Positions 17,069 to 26,772 of a stretch of DNA of 64,000 bases are shown in pieces. The translations under genes were made by a program, and so were the position numbers. The stretch lies in assembly GCA_002433065.1 (NCBI GenBank), contig DJHK01000015.1, positions 3,784-67,783 on the forward strand, in the 5' to 3' direction. The first letter of the stretch is position 1; each line of letters begins with the position of its first letter. The notes below the pieces were generated by a model that saw nothing but the letters and a program-made list of their open reading frames with translations, did not search any database and was not told the DNA's origin. The stretch is from Chloroflexi bacterium UBA6622 (GTDB taxonomy: Bacteria; Chloroflexota; UBA11872).

Positions 17069-19635
17069 GTTCTATCAACCCGCCAACCCACCACGAACAA
17101 AACCAGCAATACACCAACTCCGAACATCGACAAGACAATCGCCTGGGGAAATCCTGGAGGCATGTATGACATAACGATGGTGTGCACTCCGCTGTTATTG
17201 ATAGGAACCCCACGCATCATCGTATTGACAGTAACCATTTCTACAGGCTGACCATCAATAGTCGCTTCCCATCCTGGGTACATCGCCTCGTTAACAACTA
17301 AAAGTCCAGACCCATCCGTTACCACCCGAAGCTTCAGGTCTTGTTGTGAACGGCTGATCTGATACTCCAGTAAGTCTGCTTCAGAAGCACCACCCTGAAC
17401 CCCGGGATCACGGTCGACCATAGCAACAGTTGGACTACGCGCAATCGCATCCAAAATGTCGAGAGGTGCTGCAGCCACATCAATGGTCTTCCAGACTCGC
17501 GCGAGCCACACACGTGGAAACCAATCACGTAATTCGTAGACGTACAAAGATTGTTTAACCGGCGACCAGTTCGGCAGATCGATCAACCCGGATTGCCGTT
17601 CTACCAGTTGAGGATGCTCAAGCTTCACTCCAGACAGCACATACCGAACGTTTCCAACGGCCAAAGCTGCCAACCTGTGCCCGAAAATGTTGGCTCGCTC
17701 GTCGCCATTAATTTCTGGATCAACAGCAAAACCATTAACGGTAGTCCGTTCGCTACCAACATACGCAAGGTAGTCAGCTACAGGGCGTGACATAAGGTTT
17801 TCATATCCGTCTATCGACGCCCATGCTCGAGTCAACGGCAAATTCGGGGTCAACGTCTCGTTTAGAAAAACGTATTCGAGTAAATCACGCTGTGACCGGC
17901 CAATATCTGTACCGGCAGCTGTCGACAACTCAAACTTCTGAGCCAATCCCCGATATGAGAAAACCCGCCACTGGTCAGTTGACTGCCCGGGTATAACAGC
18001 GGCGGCCCGTGGGTCTCGGGAATACCAATCAGTGTCGGTAGCAGGAATCATATGGCCCGGGGCCACCAACACATCGATCACGAGAATGCCCACAAGCATC
18101 ATCTGTGCACGCTGCGCTTGGATGTGACGGCGCATAAAACCCCACAAAACAGCTGCCGTCAGAAGCGCCGCAAACAAAGTCCAGCGAGGTGTCCAAAACT
18201 CAAGGCTAAATGCGTTCGCCATCCGCTCGTAAAGCTGATCGAAGGTCCGGTAATAACGCTCGGCGGAAAGAAATCTACCCTCGGAGCCCACAATAGCCCT
18301 ATCGATATAGTCGTATCCATACGGAACTATTACGAACGCTAATCCGCTCAAAACAATAGTCGCTATCACAGTGCCTGCACCAACAAGCCCAGCAGCCCAC
18401 AGCCAAATCTTCGTTACCCATTTGGCGGGAACACTCCCTCGAAGATCAACCAACCGAATCTGGTCAATACCAATCGCCGCAAGATATGCCAAGCCAAAGC
18501 TCGCCACGATCCCAAACCTAGCTGGTTGCCGAAAAAACCCAAAAAGCGGCAGCTTGTGCAGCAAGGGGAACCCGAGGCTGAATGAGCCCATGGCGAAGAT
18601 CCAGCTCAGGACGACCAGCCCGGTCAAGAACCACACCAACCGATGGCGATTTCTCGAACAAAGAGCCAAAAGGGCCAGAGCCGGTGTTGCAAAACCCAAA
18701 TACAACAGTTCTTCGGCGTTGAGCCGATCCCCCAACACCTTTGGAATCTCAAAAGACGGGAAAAGGTACCCGAGAATCAGGCTCCATGGCGGAATCGATC
18801 CCTGAGCCGCGATCTCAAAATCAAGCCCGGACGCACGCACAGAAAGTGCGGTGGTACTCACCGTAGGTACCAAACGAACCGCACTGACAAGCAACCCGGC
18901 ACCCACCGCCACGGTGATCCATAAGATCGACGCTACAGCAGCACTAAATGTTCCATCACGCCATGCGCACAACAATCGATACGAGACAAAGATCATCCAA
19001 GTAAATCCAAATAACAACGCTATTTGCGGATGGCCAGCAAGCCCCATGACTGCCGCACACAACCCAAGCAGCGCCAGATACCGTTTATGCCCACGAGTAA
19101 CTAACTCAATCGCGGCAATGCCAGCGGGAAGAGCGAAGTAAATGTCGGCATAGTTGAGGAATCGAGAAGTCGCAAACACAAAAGCGCCGTACGTAAACAG
19201 AAATGCGGCGAGATAAGCAGCCAGCCGACTCAATCCCCAAACCCGCCCAAGCCAATAAGCCGCCACCGCCGCAAACACTAATCCCAGCGCCAATTCCAAT
19301 GTGTATGCACGAAGAGGATCCAGAACGCTCAGCAGCAGCCACGTCAACGGATAGAACCAGCCAAACTCCGAAAACGCGATCGGAAATCCCGATAACATCC
19401 CATCCGTCCAAAGCGGAATATGCCCATCCCGGATACCATTCGCCAGAATCGTATAGCGGGGCTGGTAACTCAGAAGTAGATCAAGATCCAGCCACGCAGA
19501 TCCGCTGAATAAAAGCTCTCGATAAAGCAGCAAGAGGGGCCATAGCAAACCAACCCCAACTAAAACGCGACGGCTGGCTGAAGATCTGGAGGGTGCTGCT
19601 TGAACAACACGATCCATGACCGGTCCAAATCTCAT
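17065..19635 (-). CDS. YfhO-family polytopic membrane protein (putative extracytoplasmic glycosyltransferase)
   Basis: The N-terminal motif GHIPLWTDGMLSGFPIAFSEFGWFYPLTWLL resembles the YfhO signature. It has more than 10 TM helices, a large C-terminal soluble region and a final TM. Start ATG 19635 forms an ATGA overlap with the upstream stop. Confidence 0.65.
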   Translation of the reverse strand: MRFGPVMDRVVQAAPSRSSASRRVLVGVGLLWPLLLLYRELLFSGSAWLDLDLLLSYQPRYTILANGIRDGHIPLWTDGMLSGFPIAFSEFGWFYPLTWLLLSVLDPLRAYTLELALGLVFAAVAAYWLGRVWGLSRLAAYLAAFLFTYGAFVFATSRFLNYADIYFALPAGIAAIELVTRGHKRYLALLGLCAAVMGLAGHPQIALLFGFTWMIFVSYRLLCAWRDGTFSAAVASILWITVAVGAGLLVSAVRLVPTVSTTALSVRASGLDFEIAAQGSIPPWSLILGYLFPSFEIPKVLGDRLNAEELLYLGFATPALALLALCSRNRHRLVWFLTGLVVLSWIFAMGSFSLGFPLLHKLPLFGFFRQPARFGIVASFGLAYLAAIGIDQIRLVDLRGSVPAKWVTKIWLWAAGLVGAGTVIATIVLSGLAFVIVPYGYDYIDRAIVGSEGRFLSAERYYRTFDQLYERMANAFSLEFWTPRWTLFAALLTAAVLWGFMRRHIQAQRAQMMLVGILVIDVLVAPGHMIPATDTDWYSRDPRAAAVIPGQSTDQWRVFSYRGLAQKFELSTAAGTDIGRSQRDLLEYVFLNETLTPNLPLTRAWASIDGYENLMSRPVADYLAYVGSERTTVNGFAVDPEINGDERANIFGHRLAALAVGNVRYVLSGVKLEHPQLVERQSGLIDLPNWSPVKQSLYVYELRDWFPRVWLARVWKTIDVAAAPLDILDAIARSPTVAMVDRDPGVQGGASEADLLEYQISRSQQDLKLRVVTDGSGLLVVNEAMYPGWEATIDGQPVEMVTVNTMMRGVPINNSGVHTIVMSYMPPGFPQAIVLSMFGVGVLLVLFVVGWRVDRT

Positions 19636-20843
19636 GCGGCCAATTGATCCGGGCTCAAAAACATCACGATCCTTTCGGCCCGCTTTGCCCAAGTCATATG
19701 TTCAACTTCCGCGCGCGCAACTTGCGCCAACCCACGGGCGAGCACATGATCATTTAACAGGCGGTTCACAGCATCAGCCAGCGCTTCAGGATCATCAGGG
19801 GTAACAAGAAGCGCATTTTCACCATCCCGCAAGATCTCGCGAAGCGAAGGTAAATCGCTAGCCACGATCGACCGTTGCGCCGCCATATACTCAAACAGTT
19901 TGAGAGGAGAGGTGTAACTGCGAGAAATTTCTTCACGGGCGCTGAATGGGATCACCGCAACATCAGCCGCAAGAAGATATTTACGAGCAAGCGAAGGTGA
20001 GAGATGGCCTGTTACGTGAATATTGTTATGGCCAGACGCAGCCGAACGAATGCGGTCAAGATCTGGCGATACACCACCAACGATATACCAGTGCACACTC
20101 TCATCCATTTGGTCAGCAGCCTCCACCAGGACATCCACCCCCTTCCAGGGATACAGATGCCCGATATAGCAGGCTATAGGCGCAGCTTCGGGCAACTCCA
20201 AATCTTGGCGTGCTTCTAACTGACCATCTTGTTCAAACGCTGCAACATCAACCCCATCGGCAGCTACTAGAACTCGGGAGGGATCAAATCCAGCATCCAA
20301 ATACCACTGCCGGAGCCCTTCGGTGATCGTCACTACGCCGTCCATGCGACGTACAGCCCACCAGTGCAATGCCGACGAAAACTTGGATCGAGGTACCGTG
20401 TGGGCCTCAAACGCAAACTTGGCCTCATGCCTCGTAAATATTCTGAGCACCGTAAGCGGCAAGAGATCGCGACTAATAACGATGTCCCCTCGCCATCGCT
20501 CAGCCATAAATGCAGCAGAAATAGTAAAGGTCCAAAGCTGCAAGAAGTGAGCCACCAATCGTATTGGCGCCACATTCAAGAAGGGCCAATCGAGAGTCAC
20601 TCGTTTAATCGCATCAATAGTCGGAAGTCCGACTAACCTGAAACTTCTGGCCACGTTGGCATAGTCGAACGGATCACCGACCCTTCGCATAGCAACCGTG
20701 TTCGCTCTCCGGGCATAGGCAAGCGTGACCTGCGCACCTCCACTAGCAAACGCCGCCGCCATATGCATGATCTGCATCGGATGAGCCCGCTCACTCGGAA
20801 TACGAGCATTGGCGATCATCACAATTCGCAAGGGATGACTCAT
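19632..20843 (-). CDS. Glycosyltransferase family 4
   Basis: LRIVMIANARIPSERAHPMQ N-terminus and SPLKLFEYMAAQRSIVASDLPSLREILRDGENALLV. Confidence 0.78.
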   Translation of the reverse strand: MSHPLRIVMIANARIPSERAHPMQIMHMAAAFASGGAQVTLAYARRANTVAMRRVGDPFDYANVARSFRLVGLPTIDAIKRVTLDWPFLNVAPIRLVAHFLQLWTFTISAAFMAERWRGDIVISRDLLPLTVLRIFTRHEAKFAFEAHTVPRSKFSSALHWWAVRRMDGVVTITEGLRQWYLDAGFDPSRVLVAADGVDVAAFEQDGQLEARQDLELPEAAPIACYIGHLYPWKGVDVLVEAADQMDESVHWYIVGGVSPDLDRIRSAASGHNNIHVTGHLSPSLARKYLLAADVAVIPFSAREEISRSYTSPLKLFEYMAAQRSIVASDLPSLREILRDGENALLVTPDDPEALADAVNRLLNDHVLARGLAQVARAEVEHMTWAKRAERIVMFLSPDQLAA

Positions 20844-20846
20844 GAA

Positions 20847-22649
20847 TTAAATCCGATATACAAGAGAAATCCTTGCTCCAGATTCGATCTGACCAAAGCG
20901 AATTCGACTCGATCGACGCGTCCATCGCACCTGAGCCTTAACTTTCAGCGCTTTGACCTTGACCGGTAATCGATACTGCACATCATGAAGTCGACCTGAA
21001 GCCTCGAGTTCATCGCGAACCAGCACGGATGTCTCATCGACAAGATATGTCCGACGAATCTCAACATTCGAACAGACGGTTCCGTCCCTATCAGCAATCC
21101 CAGACTTAATGACCAAAGAATCACCGTCAACATGGACAGTGCTTTTCGTCGCGTGGCTCGACGAACTACGACGATGTGCTCGAAACATCGGTAGAGAGAA
21201 GTGTCGCCAAATCAATCCTGCGGCATGTCGCCATCGACCGGCCCGGGCATGCGATCGAGCAATGTGCAACACGAACCGATTTTCACGGCCGAGACCACGA
21301 ACTGAACCATGACCAATCGATGGCCTGGACCGTCGGACCGACCAGGATGCTTCTGGTTCATCGGGTTCCGACTCAAACTGGATCCTATTTCGCCAATCGT
21401 CATCCTTGTTACCAACATAAACCAGGCCCCCACCGCCAACACGACCGCCCACAAGACGGTCAGCAGGGCACTTGTCAGTTCGAACAATTGCACACGCCGT
21501 TCGTGAACCGATCCGGGCGACACCAGCATCGGCCGCATGTGTCGGGCCAGAGGGATCAAGATCCGTGGCATCCACCTTTCGTTCATCGAGCTGCGCTGCA
21601 GCATACGCACGAGCAATCCAGGCCAAATCAGCCGTATGAAACACCCGACAGACAAAACCAGCGGACCCCGAAGTAGCTTCCAGAAATCCTGATGGGGTTA
21701 CAGCCGAAACACTCTGAGCCGCCACTCGACAAGCCAGTGGAATCATCGACTTTCGTCCATCGGTCGCGAGCACATAAGCATCGTACGCAGATGAGCCAGC
21801 TTCAGTGTCAGCGTCCCAAAACCACCGTTTCCCTTCCAATCCCAGTGGCTTAAGACCGTCGGGGCGAAGCACCGTACACAAAAAATCAGCACCAGCCCGT
21901 AAAGCATCCTCAAATTCAGCCTCAGCACCGAAGAGACGGAGTGCATAACGAGAAAACCCTACGCATCGACTGTGGTAATACACGGTTAGATCGGAAATAC
22001 CCACACCTTCACCAAGAGTTTCGGCGTCTTGGACATACCGAAACGAGCCATCGGGTCGCATCTCGGCTAAAGAACGATCAATCGCCTGTTTAACTGGTAG
22101 GCGCCAAACGGTCTCATCCAAAGCCACGGATGCCGCTGCCAAACCCATCGCTCCCCACAAGCGCTGATTAGTGACCGGCTTCGCGACAACGTTATGGACC
22201 AAATACGTCTCACAGCACAGTCGAATCGCCTCCTCGATGGCCTGACGTTCCAAAAGATCCAAGATATCTCCCGCATGCATTAGCAACGTAGCTAACGCAT
22301 CAACACATTCACCGGCATCAATAATATTCGTGGAGTTATTCCGAGAGTCATGGAGGCCAGGGAAAAACACCCAGGCGCCATCCGCCTCCGGATCTGGAGC
22401 TAGACGAGCCAGTACCACTCGAGCCGTCTGACGAGCCCTCGCAAGGTAGTGATCGTCACCCGTGTGCCGATGAAGAGCACAGTCGATGACGATGGATCTG
22501 GAAGATTTACCCGTGTGATCAACGCCGTGCTCCGGACAGCGCATATATCCGTAGTCATTACGCATCCGATTGAACAGGTCCGAAGCTGCCGATAACGCCT
22601 CCGCCGCATCCGGTGTCAGTGCCGAAACAGCAGGCGCACCGCTCGGCAT
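20847..22649 (-). CDS. Hypothetical 600-aa protein; possibly an alpha/alpha-toroid plus beta-sandwich glycan-modifying enzyme (heparinase II/III- or C5-epimerase-like)
   Basis: Long intact ORF tightly packed in the operon, with 3-nt gaps on both sides. I recognised no catalytic motif. The helical N-terminal two-thirds and the beta-rich, Arg-rich C-terminal third are judged from composition only. Confidence 0.35.
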   Translation of the reverse strand: MPSGAPAVSALTPDAAEALSAASDLFNRMRNDYGYMRCPEHGVDHTGKSSRSIVIDCALHRHTGDDHYLARARQTARVVLARLAPDPEADGAWVFFPGLHDSRNNSTNIIDAGECVDALATLLMHAGDILDLLERQAIEEAIRLCCETYLVHNVVAKPVTNQRLWGAMGLAAASVALDETVWRLPVKQAIDRSLAEMRPDGSFRYVQDAETLGEGVGISDLTVYYHSRCVGFSRYALRLFGAEAEFEDALRAGADFLCTVLRPDGLKPLGLEGKRWFWDADTEAGSSAYDAYVLATDGRKSMIPLACRVAAQSVSAVTPSGFLEATSGSAGFVCRVFHTADLAWIARAYAAAQLDERKVDATDLDPSGPTHAADAGVARIGSRTACAIVRTDKCPADRLVGGRVGGGGLVYVGNKDDDWRNRIQFESEPDEPEASWSVRRSRPSIGHGSVRGLGRENRFVLHIARSHARAGRWRHAAGLIWRHFSLPMFRAHRRSSSSHATKSTVHVDGDSLVIKSGIADRDGTVCSNVEIRRTYLVDETSVLVRDELEASGRLHDVQYRLPVKVKALKVKAQVRWTRRSSRIRFGQIESGARISLVYRI

Positions 22650-22652
22650 AAC

Positions 22653-23258
22653 CTAAATGCGCTCGCCGATCACGCGTGCTGGAACACCGCCTACGATGCT
22701 GTAGGGAGCGATATCTTCCGCTACCACTGCCCGGACTGCTACAACAGCGCCGTCGCCAATCGTTACGCCAGGAAGCACAACAACCTCGCTATAGATCATT
22801 ACGTCGTCACCGATGACGACAGGACTCTCCTCGATGGGCGCTTGCAAGATCGGGACATCACGACGACTGGTGTCATGACGGTGTGAATAAATCGTGGATT
22901 CGCGTCCAATATGCGAGTTTTTACCAATCGTGATTCCACCAGTACAGTCCAGCCGAACTCCAGATAAAACTTCCGTTCCAGAACCTATTTCAAGTGCCGC
23001 ATCATCCCGATAATCCGACTCGCAGCCAACCCGTACGTCACGCTTGATATGAACCCCAGCACCCATAGTGATTTTCAGACCACTGGGGTAGTAAAAACAA
23101 CTATCGATCTTGGCATCCGCCCCAACCTCAACACCGGCGGCACGACGAAGAAGCGCTGCCCTTAAGGTCCAAACCATCTGCTGATAACGTCGGAACACCC
23201 GAAAGTCCGGAAAGTGACCAACAAACCGTGCGAGCTGACGTGCAGGATCAGTCCTCAT
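22653..23258 (-). CDS. Left-handed beta-helix (hexapeptide-repeat) O-acyl/acetyltransferase
   Basis: Hexapeptide repeats ITIGKNSHIGRESTIY and VVIGDDVMIYSEVVVLPGVTIGDGAVVAVRAVV. Confidence 0.8.
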   Translation of the reverse strand: MRTDPARQLARFVGHFPDFRVFRRYQQMVWTLRAALLRRAAGVEVGADAKIDSCFYYPSGLKITMGAGVHIKRDVRVGCESDYRDDAALEIGSGTEVLSGVRLDCTGGITIGKNSHIGRESTIYSHRHDTSRRDVPILQAPIEESPVVIGDDVMIYSEVVVLPGVTIGDGAVVAVRAVVAEDIAPYSIVGGVPARVIGERI

Positions 23259-24394
23259 AACTCAGACTGAATTTCCGCCACCGAAGGAAAGTCAGGACGG
23301 TCTCCACGCCTGAGTGAATCAAACACCGCCACCAATTTTCCGACCAGCCCGTCGGCCCCATGCCCTTCAACCACTGACGTACGTAAACGACTTATAGTCG
23401 GATCGCGAAGATTTGGATGTAGTCCAAGAATTCCATCGACCCCACGAGCTAGTTCTGCAGGCGTATCACCTACCAAGAAATTGTTCGCCAGTTTGCCCAT
23501 AACATGCCGATACGAGCTGTTGTTGGTTATCACCGGAATCCCACACGCCATTGCCTCGAGCCCAGTCTTATCTAATGAAGGTTGCATCCGCCAGTTCACA
23601 AAAACGCTAAGAGACCGATAAAACTGAGCCATGCTATCTCCTCGAACTGGCCCAACAAACTCGACTGCGTGATCAACCGCGAGTTCAGTGGCCAAAAGCC
23701 GTAAATCCTTAACATATTGGTGATCGGCTGAGTAAAAAGGTTCCCCTGCAATCCTTAACGAGGCATTCGGGTAACCGTTATTGCGCAACGTAGCGAGCGC
23801 CCTGATGCCAGTGTCAAAACCCTTTAAAGGGGTAAGTCGACCAGCCATGCCAAGCACCGCTCCGGTCCCAGCCAATGACAGACCGGACGGAGCAAACCGT
23901 TGAGTATCGATCCCATGCCCAAGTAAGAATGCCCGATCGCTTGGGATCGGATAACTCTCCACGGAGGCCGTCACTGCCGCATTTACAATCCGATTGGCCC
24001 AAATAAGCGCTGACGACTTGCCATGGCTCGTGTACCAAAGGACTAGGGGCGCTCCGGCAAGGCGAGCAACTGGACCAATCGCCACTGCATACGCAGGAAC
24101 CATATGAGCGAACACTGCATTTACCCGGCCACTTGCCAACAAGGACACGCACGTCGCACCAAATTGGTAAACCCGGCGACCACGGGATCGACTGGATTCA
24201 CAGCCAAGACTATGGACGTACACGTTAGGGGGTAGCTCCATATCTACGACTCGACCAGCAAGCACATGAACAGATTCCACTCGCTTGGCTAACTCACCCG
24301 TCCAGTTATGCGCGACGGCCAAATTTACACTTGAAGAATTTAGCTCTTGTGTGACGAATAAGATCCGAAGACCCTGTCCAGTTCCATTAGTCAT
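23255..24394 (-). CDS. Glycosyltransferase family 4
   Basis: LRILFVTQELNSSS N-terminus, the GRLTPLKGF motif, and DKTGLEAMACGIPVITNN. Confidence 0.75.
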   Translation of the reverse strand: MTNGTGQGLRILFVTQELNSSSVNLAVAHNWTGELAKRVESVHVLAGRVVDMELPPNVYVHSLGCESSRSRGRRVYQFGATCVSLLASGRVNAVFAHMVPAYAVAIGPVARLAGAPLVLWYTSHGKSSALIWANRIVNAAVTASVESYPIPSDRAFLLGHGIDTQRFAPSGLSLAGTGAVLGMAGRLTPLKGFDTGIRALATLRNNGYPNASLRIAGEPFYSADHQYVKDLRLLATELAVDHAVEFVGPVRGDSMAQFYRSLSVFVNWRMQPSLDKTGLEAMACGIPVITNNSSYRHVMGKLANNFLVGDTPAELARGVDGILGLHPNLRDPTISRLRTSVVEGHGADGLVGKLVAVFDSLRRGDRPDFPSVAEIQSEL

Positions 24395-25514
24395 TTACTG
24401 ACATCCGTGCCAGTTTCCGATACGCAGCTGCATACGCCTCCAAAACTACCGACTTTTCAAACTGCACTGTCGATGCAGCCGCTGCAACCCCTACAGCACT
24501 CAGACCATCTGAATTCCCCAACGCCTCACACACGAGCGATGCTCCGGCTTCAGGATCCCACGGTAGTAACCAGCCATTCTCTCCATGGTCGATAGTTTCA
24601 GGCATGACCCCGACCGGCGTCGCAAACACCGCTGTCCCACAGGACATAGCTTCAAGACAAACGCGGGGCCCACCTTCGCTCAAAGATGGACAAACCAGGG
24701 CATTCACACCTCTATAGATCTCGGCAAGTTGATTGGTGGTTTCGAGCCAGCCCATGAATGTGACTTTCTTGAGAACCCCGACGCGTGCCAACTCAACCTC
24801 GAACGATCCACGTTCAGGCCCTTCACCAACAACAACAAACCTAGCCGAGGGCCATCTGGCTGCTACCGCTTCAAACACTTGAGCCACATACCGCAAATTT
24901 TTGTTGGCCACCAACCGGCCCACAAACCCCAAAGCGTATTCCTTGCTTCTGGTAGCAGGATGGAAAACTGATCGATCGATGTATGCCGACGAGAGCACAA
25001 GTATTCGACTCGTAGGAATGCCCCAACGGCGCAATATGGTTGGAACCTCCGAGCGATTTACAACACGAATAGCAACTGCACCGCGCGCTACACGGGTTAA
25101 GTACACGCGATAGATGATTTGCTCAAAAGGTTCCCACCACTGGGCTCGTCGAGGATGCCCAGGCACATGGTGGATTTCACTAACGTACGGCGTTCCATAC
25201 TTCCGCGACAGGAACGAAGCCGCACGTCCGTTTGAAAATATGCCGTAATCGTGGCTAACGATCAGATCGTGACCGTGCGCATGCATAAGTTCCGCACCGC
25301 GTTTACGTAACCACCACGTCTGTCGCAACCGAGACACTGGCGACGATTCAACAGAAACTCCATTGTGGGGATTCATCCTCGAGTTACTACCAACATTCGG
25401 GGTTAGGACATCTATCCGATCAAATTCAGTCGATAATCCTTCCAGAGTTGTTGCAAAAGGACCCGACCGACCAATCGCAACATCACGATCACCGCTGAGC
25501 ATAAGTAACTTCAC
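24387..25514 (-). CDS. Glycosyltransferase family 4
   Basis: FVGRLVANKNL and SEGGPRVCLEAMSCGTAVFATPVGVMPETIDHGENGWLL. Confidence 0.78.
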   Translation of the reverse strand: MKLLMLSGDRDVAIGRSGPFATTLEGLSTEFDRIDVLTPNVGSNSRMNPHNGVSVESSPVSRLRQTWWLRKRGAELMHAHGHDLIVSHDYGIFSNGRAASFLSRKYGTPYVSEIHHVPGHPRRAQWWEPFEQIIYRVYLTRVARGAVAIRVVNRSEVPTILRRWGIPTSRILVLSSAYIDRSVFHPATRSKEYALGFVGRLVANKNLRYVAQVFEAVAARWPSARFVVVGEGPERGSFEVELARVGVLKKVTFMGWLETTNQLAEIYRGVNALVCPSLSEGGPRVCLEAMSCGTAVFATPVGVMPETIDHGENGWLLPWDPEAGASLVCEALGNSDGLSAVGVAAAASTVQFEKSVVLEAYAAAYRKLARMSVND

Positions 25515-26674
25515 GCTGTTGGATACCCGGTACGTCGAGTCAACTTGAGCAAAATTTGCATGGTTTCATCGACCAATCGATCCCAAACAAAATGCTCGAG
25601 ATTCGTAGAAGCTGCCCCGCTTAACCGCTCACCAAACGCAGGGTTATTCAACACCCGATTTACCGCAGCAACAAATGATTCTGAGTCCCCAAATGGCACT
25701 AGGAGCGCATTTTTTTCATTCGTGAGAATCTCTCGGTTTCCACCAATATCCGTGGTCACGATCGGCGTCCCTATAGTCCGAGTCTCAATGAGCGTGTGAG
25801 ACAAACCCTCATACTCTGTATTCAGCACGAACACATCAGCCGCTCGAAGATACCTAGGCACGTCTTCATGAGCTACACGACCCACAAAACGAACTCGGTC
25901 AGTAACACCGAGATCTCGTGCACACTGTTCAAGAAATTTTTGCTCCGGTCCATCACCCACAACCACCAGGGTTGCACCCTTCGCAAATGCTGGAACCATA
26001 GCAACGAGATCATCCACACGTTTCCACGCATAGAGACGTGCAACCGTACAGACCACAGGTCCATTCAAGCCCAACTCTCGTTTAGCCTCGTCGCGTGTGT
26101 GCTCAATCAAAGGAGTTTCGGTTAACGCATTCTGAACAACTCGAATCTTTGATTCACTGATGCCCCAACCTTTTACGAGCTGCCCTACATATGAACTCGG
26201 AACAATCACCGTGGTCGCCAATCGACTATAGGCTCGCTGCAGAGCCCGAAACGCCCGCACCCTAAGCGGATGACGAGCCTCTTGAAAGGCTTCAATCCCA
26301 TCCCGTGTAAGTTCACGACGAATCGATGACTCCCAAGCCCAATCACCAACGACCTTAAGCACACGGGGACGTCCGGCCAACAATGCAGCGAGAGTGGAAG
26401 GAAGCTCAATCCCGTTGATATACACCACGTCGGACCTACGAGCTGCACGCCACGTGTACCAAAACACAAGCAAGTAGCGCCAGATCACTGGAGTGGCCCA
26501 CGACACCCGCTTTATAGGAAAAGGAGTTTGAACAAGTCCCTCGGGATCATCGGGACACACTACAGCCCGAACCTCATGCCCACGGTCGTAAAGAGTTCGG
26601 GCCAGGTGATAAATGTGCGTAGCAGGTCCGCCAACCGTCGGCGGAAATATGTTCGAGACAAATGTGACACGCAT
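25511..26674 (-). CDS. Glycosyltransferase family 4
   Basis: MRVTFVSNIFPPTVGGPATH N-terminus and YEGLSHTLIETRTIGTPIVTTDIGGNREILTNEKNALLV. Confidence 0.8.
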   Translation of the reverse strand: MRVTFVSNIFPPTVGGPATHIYHLARTLYDRGHEVRAVVCPDDPEGLVQTPFPIKRVSWATPVIWRYLLVFWYTWRAARRSDVVYINGIELPSTLAALLAGRPRVLKVVGDWAWESSIRRELTRDGIEAFQEARHPLRVRAFRALQRAYSRLATTVIVPSSYVGQLVKGWGISESKIRVVQNALTETPLIEHTRDEAKRELGLNGPVVCTVARLYAWKRVDDLVAMVPAFAKGATLVVVGDGPEQKFLEQCARDLGVTDRVRFVGRVAHEDVPRYLRAADVFVLNTEYEGLSHTLIETRTIGTPIVTTDIGGNREILTNEKNALLVPFGDSESFVAAVNRVLNNPAFGERLSGAASTNLEHFVWDRLVDETMQILLKLTRRTGYPTA

Positions 26675-26772
26675 TAGCTGGACGCTAGCATCGAGCCCGC
26701 AGAGTCACAACGTTAGCAGCTCAGGCTCAAGAAATTTCGATACCGAGCTCAGCAAACACAGCCCGTTGCAGG

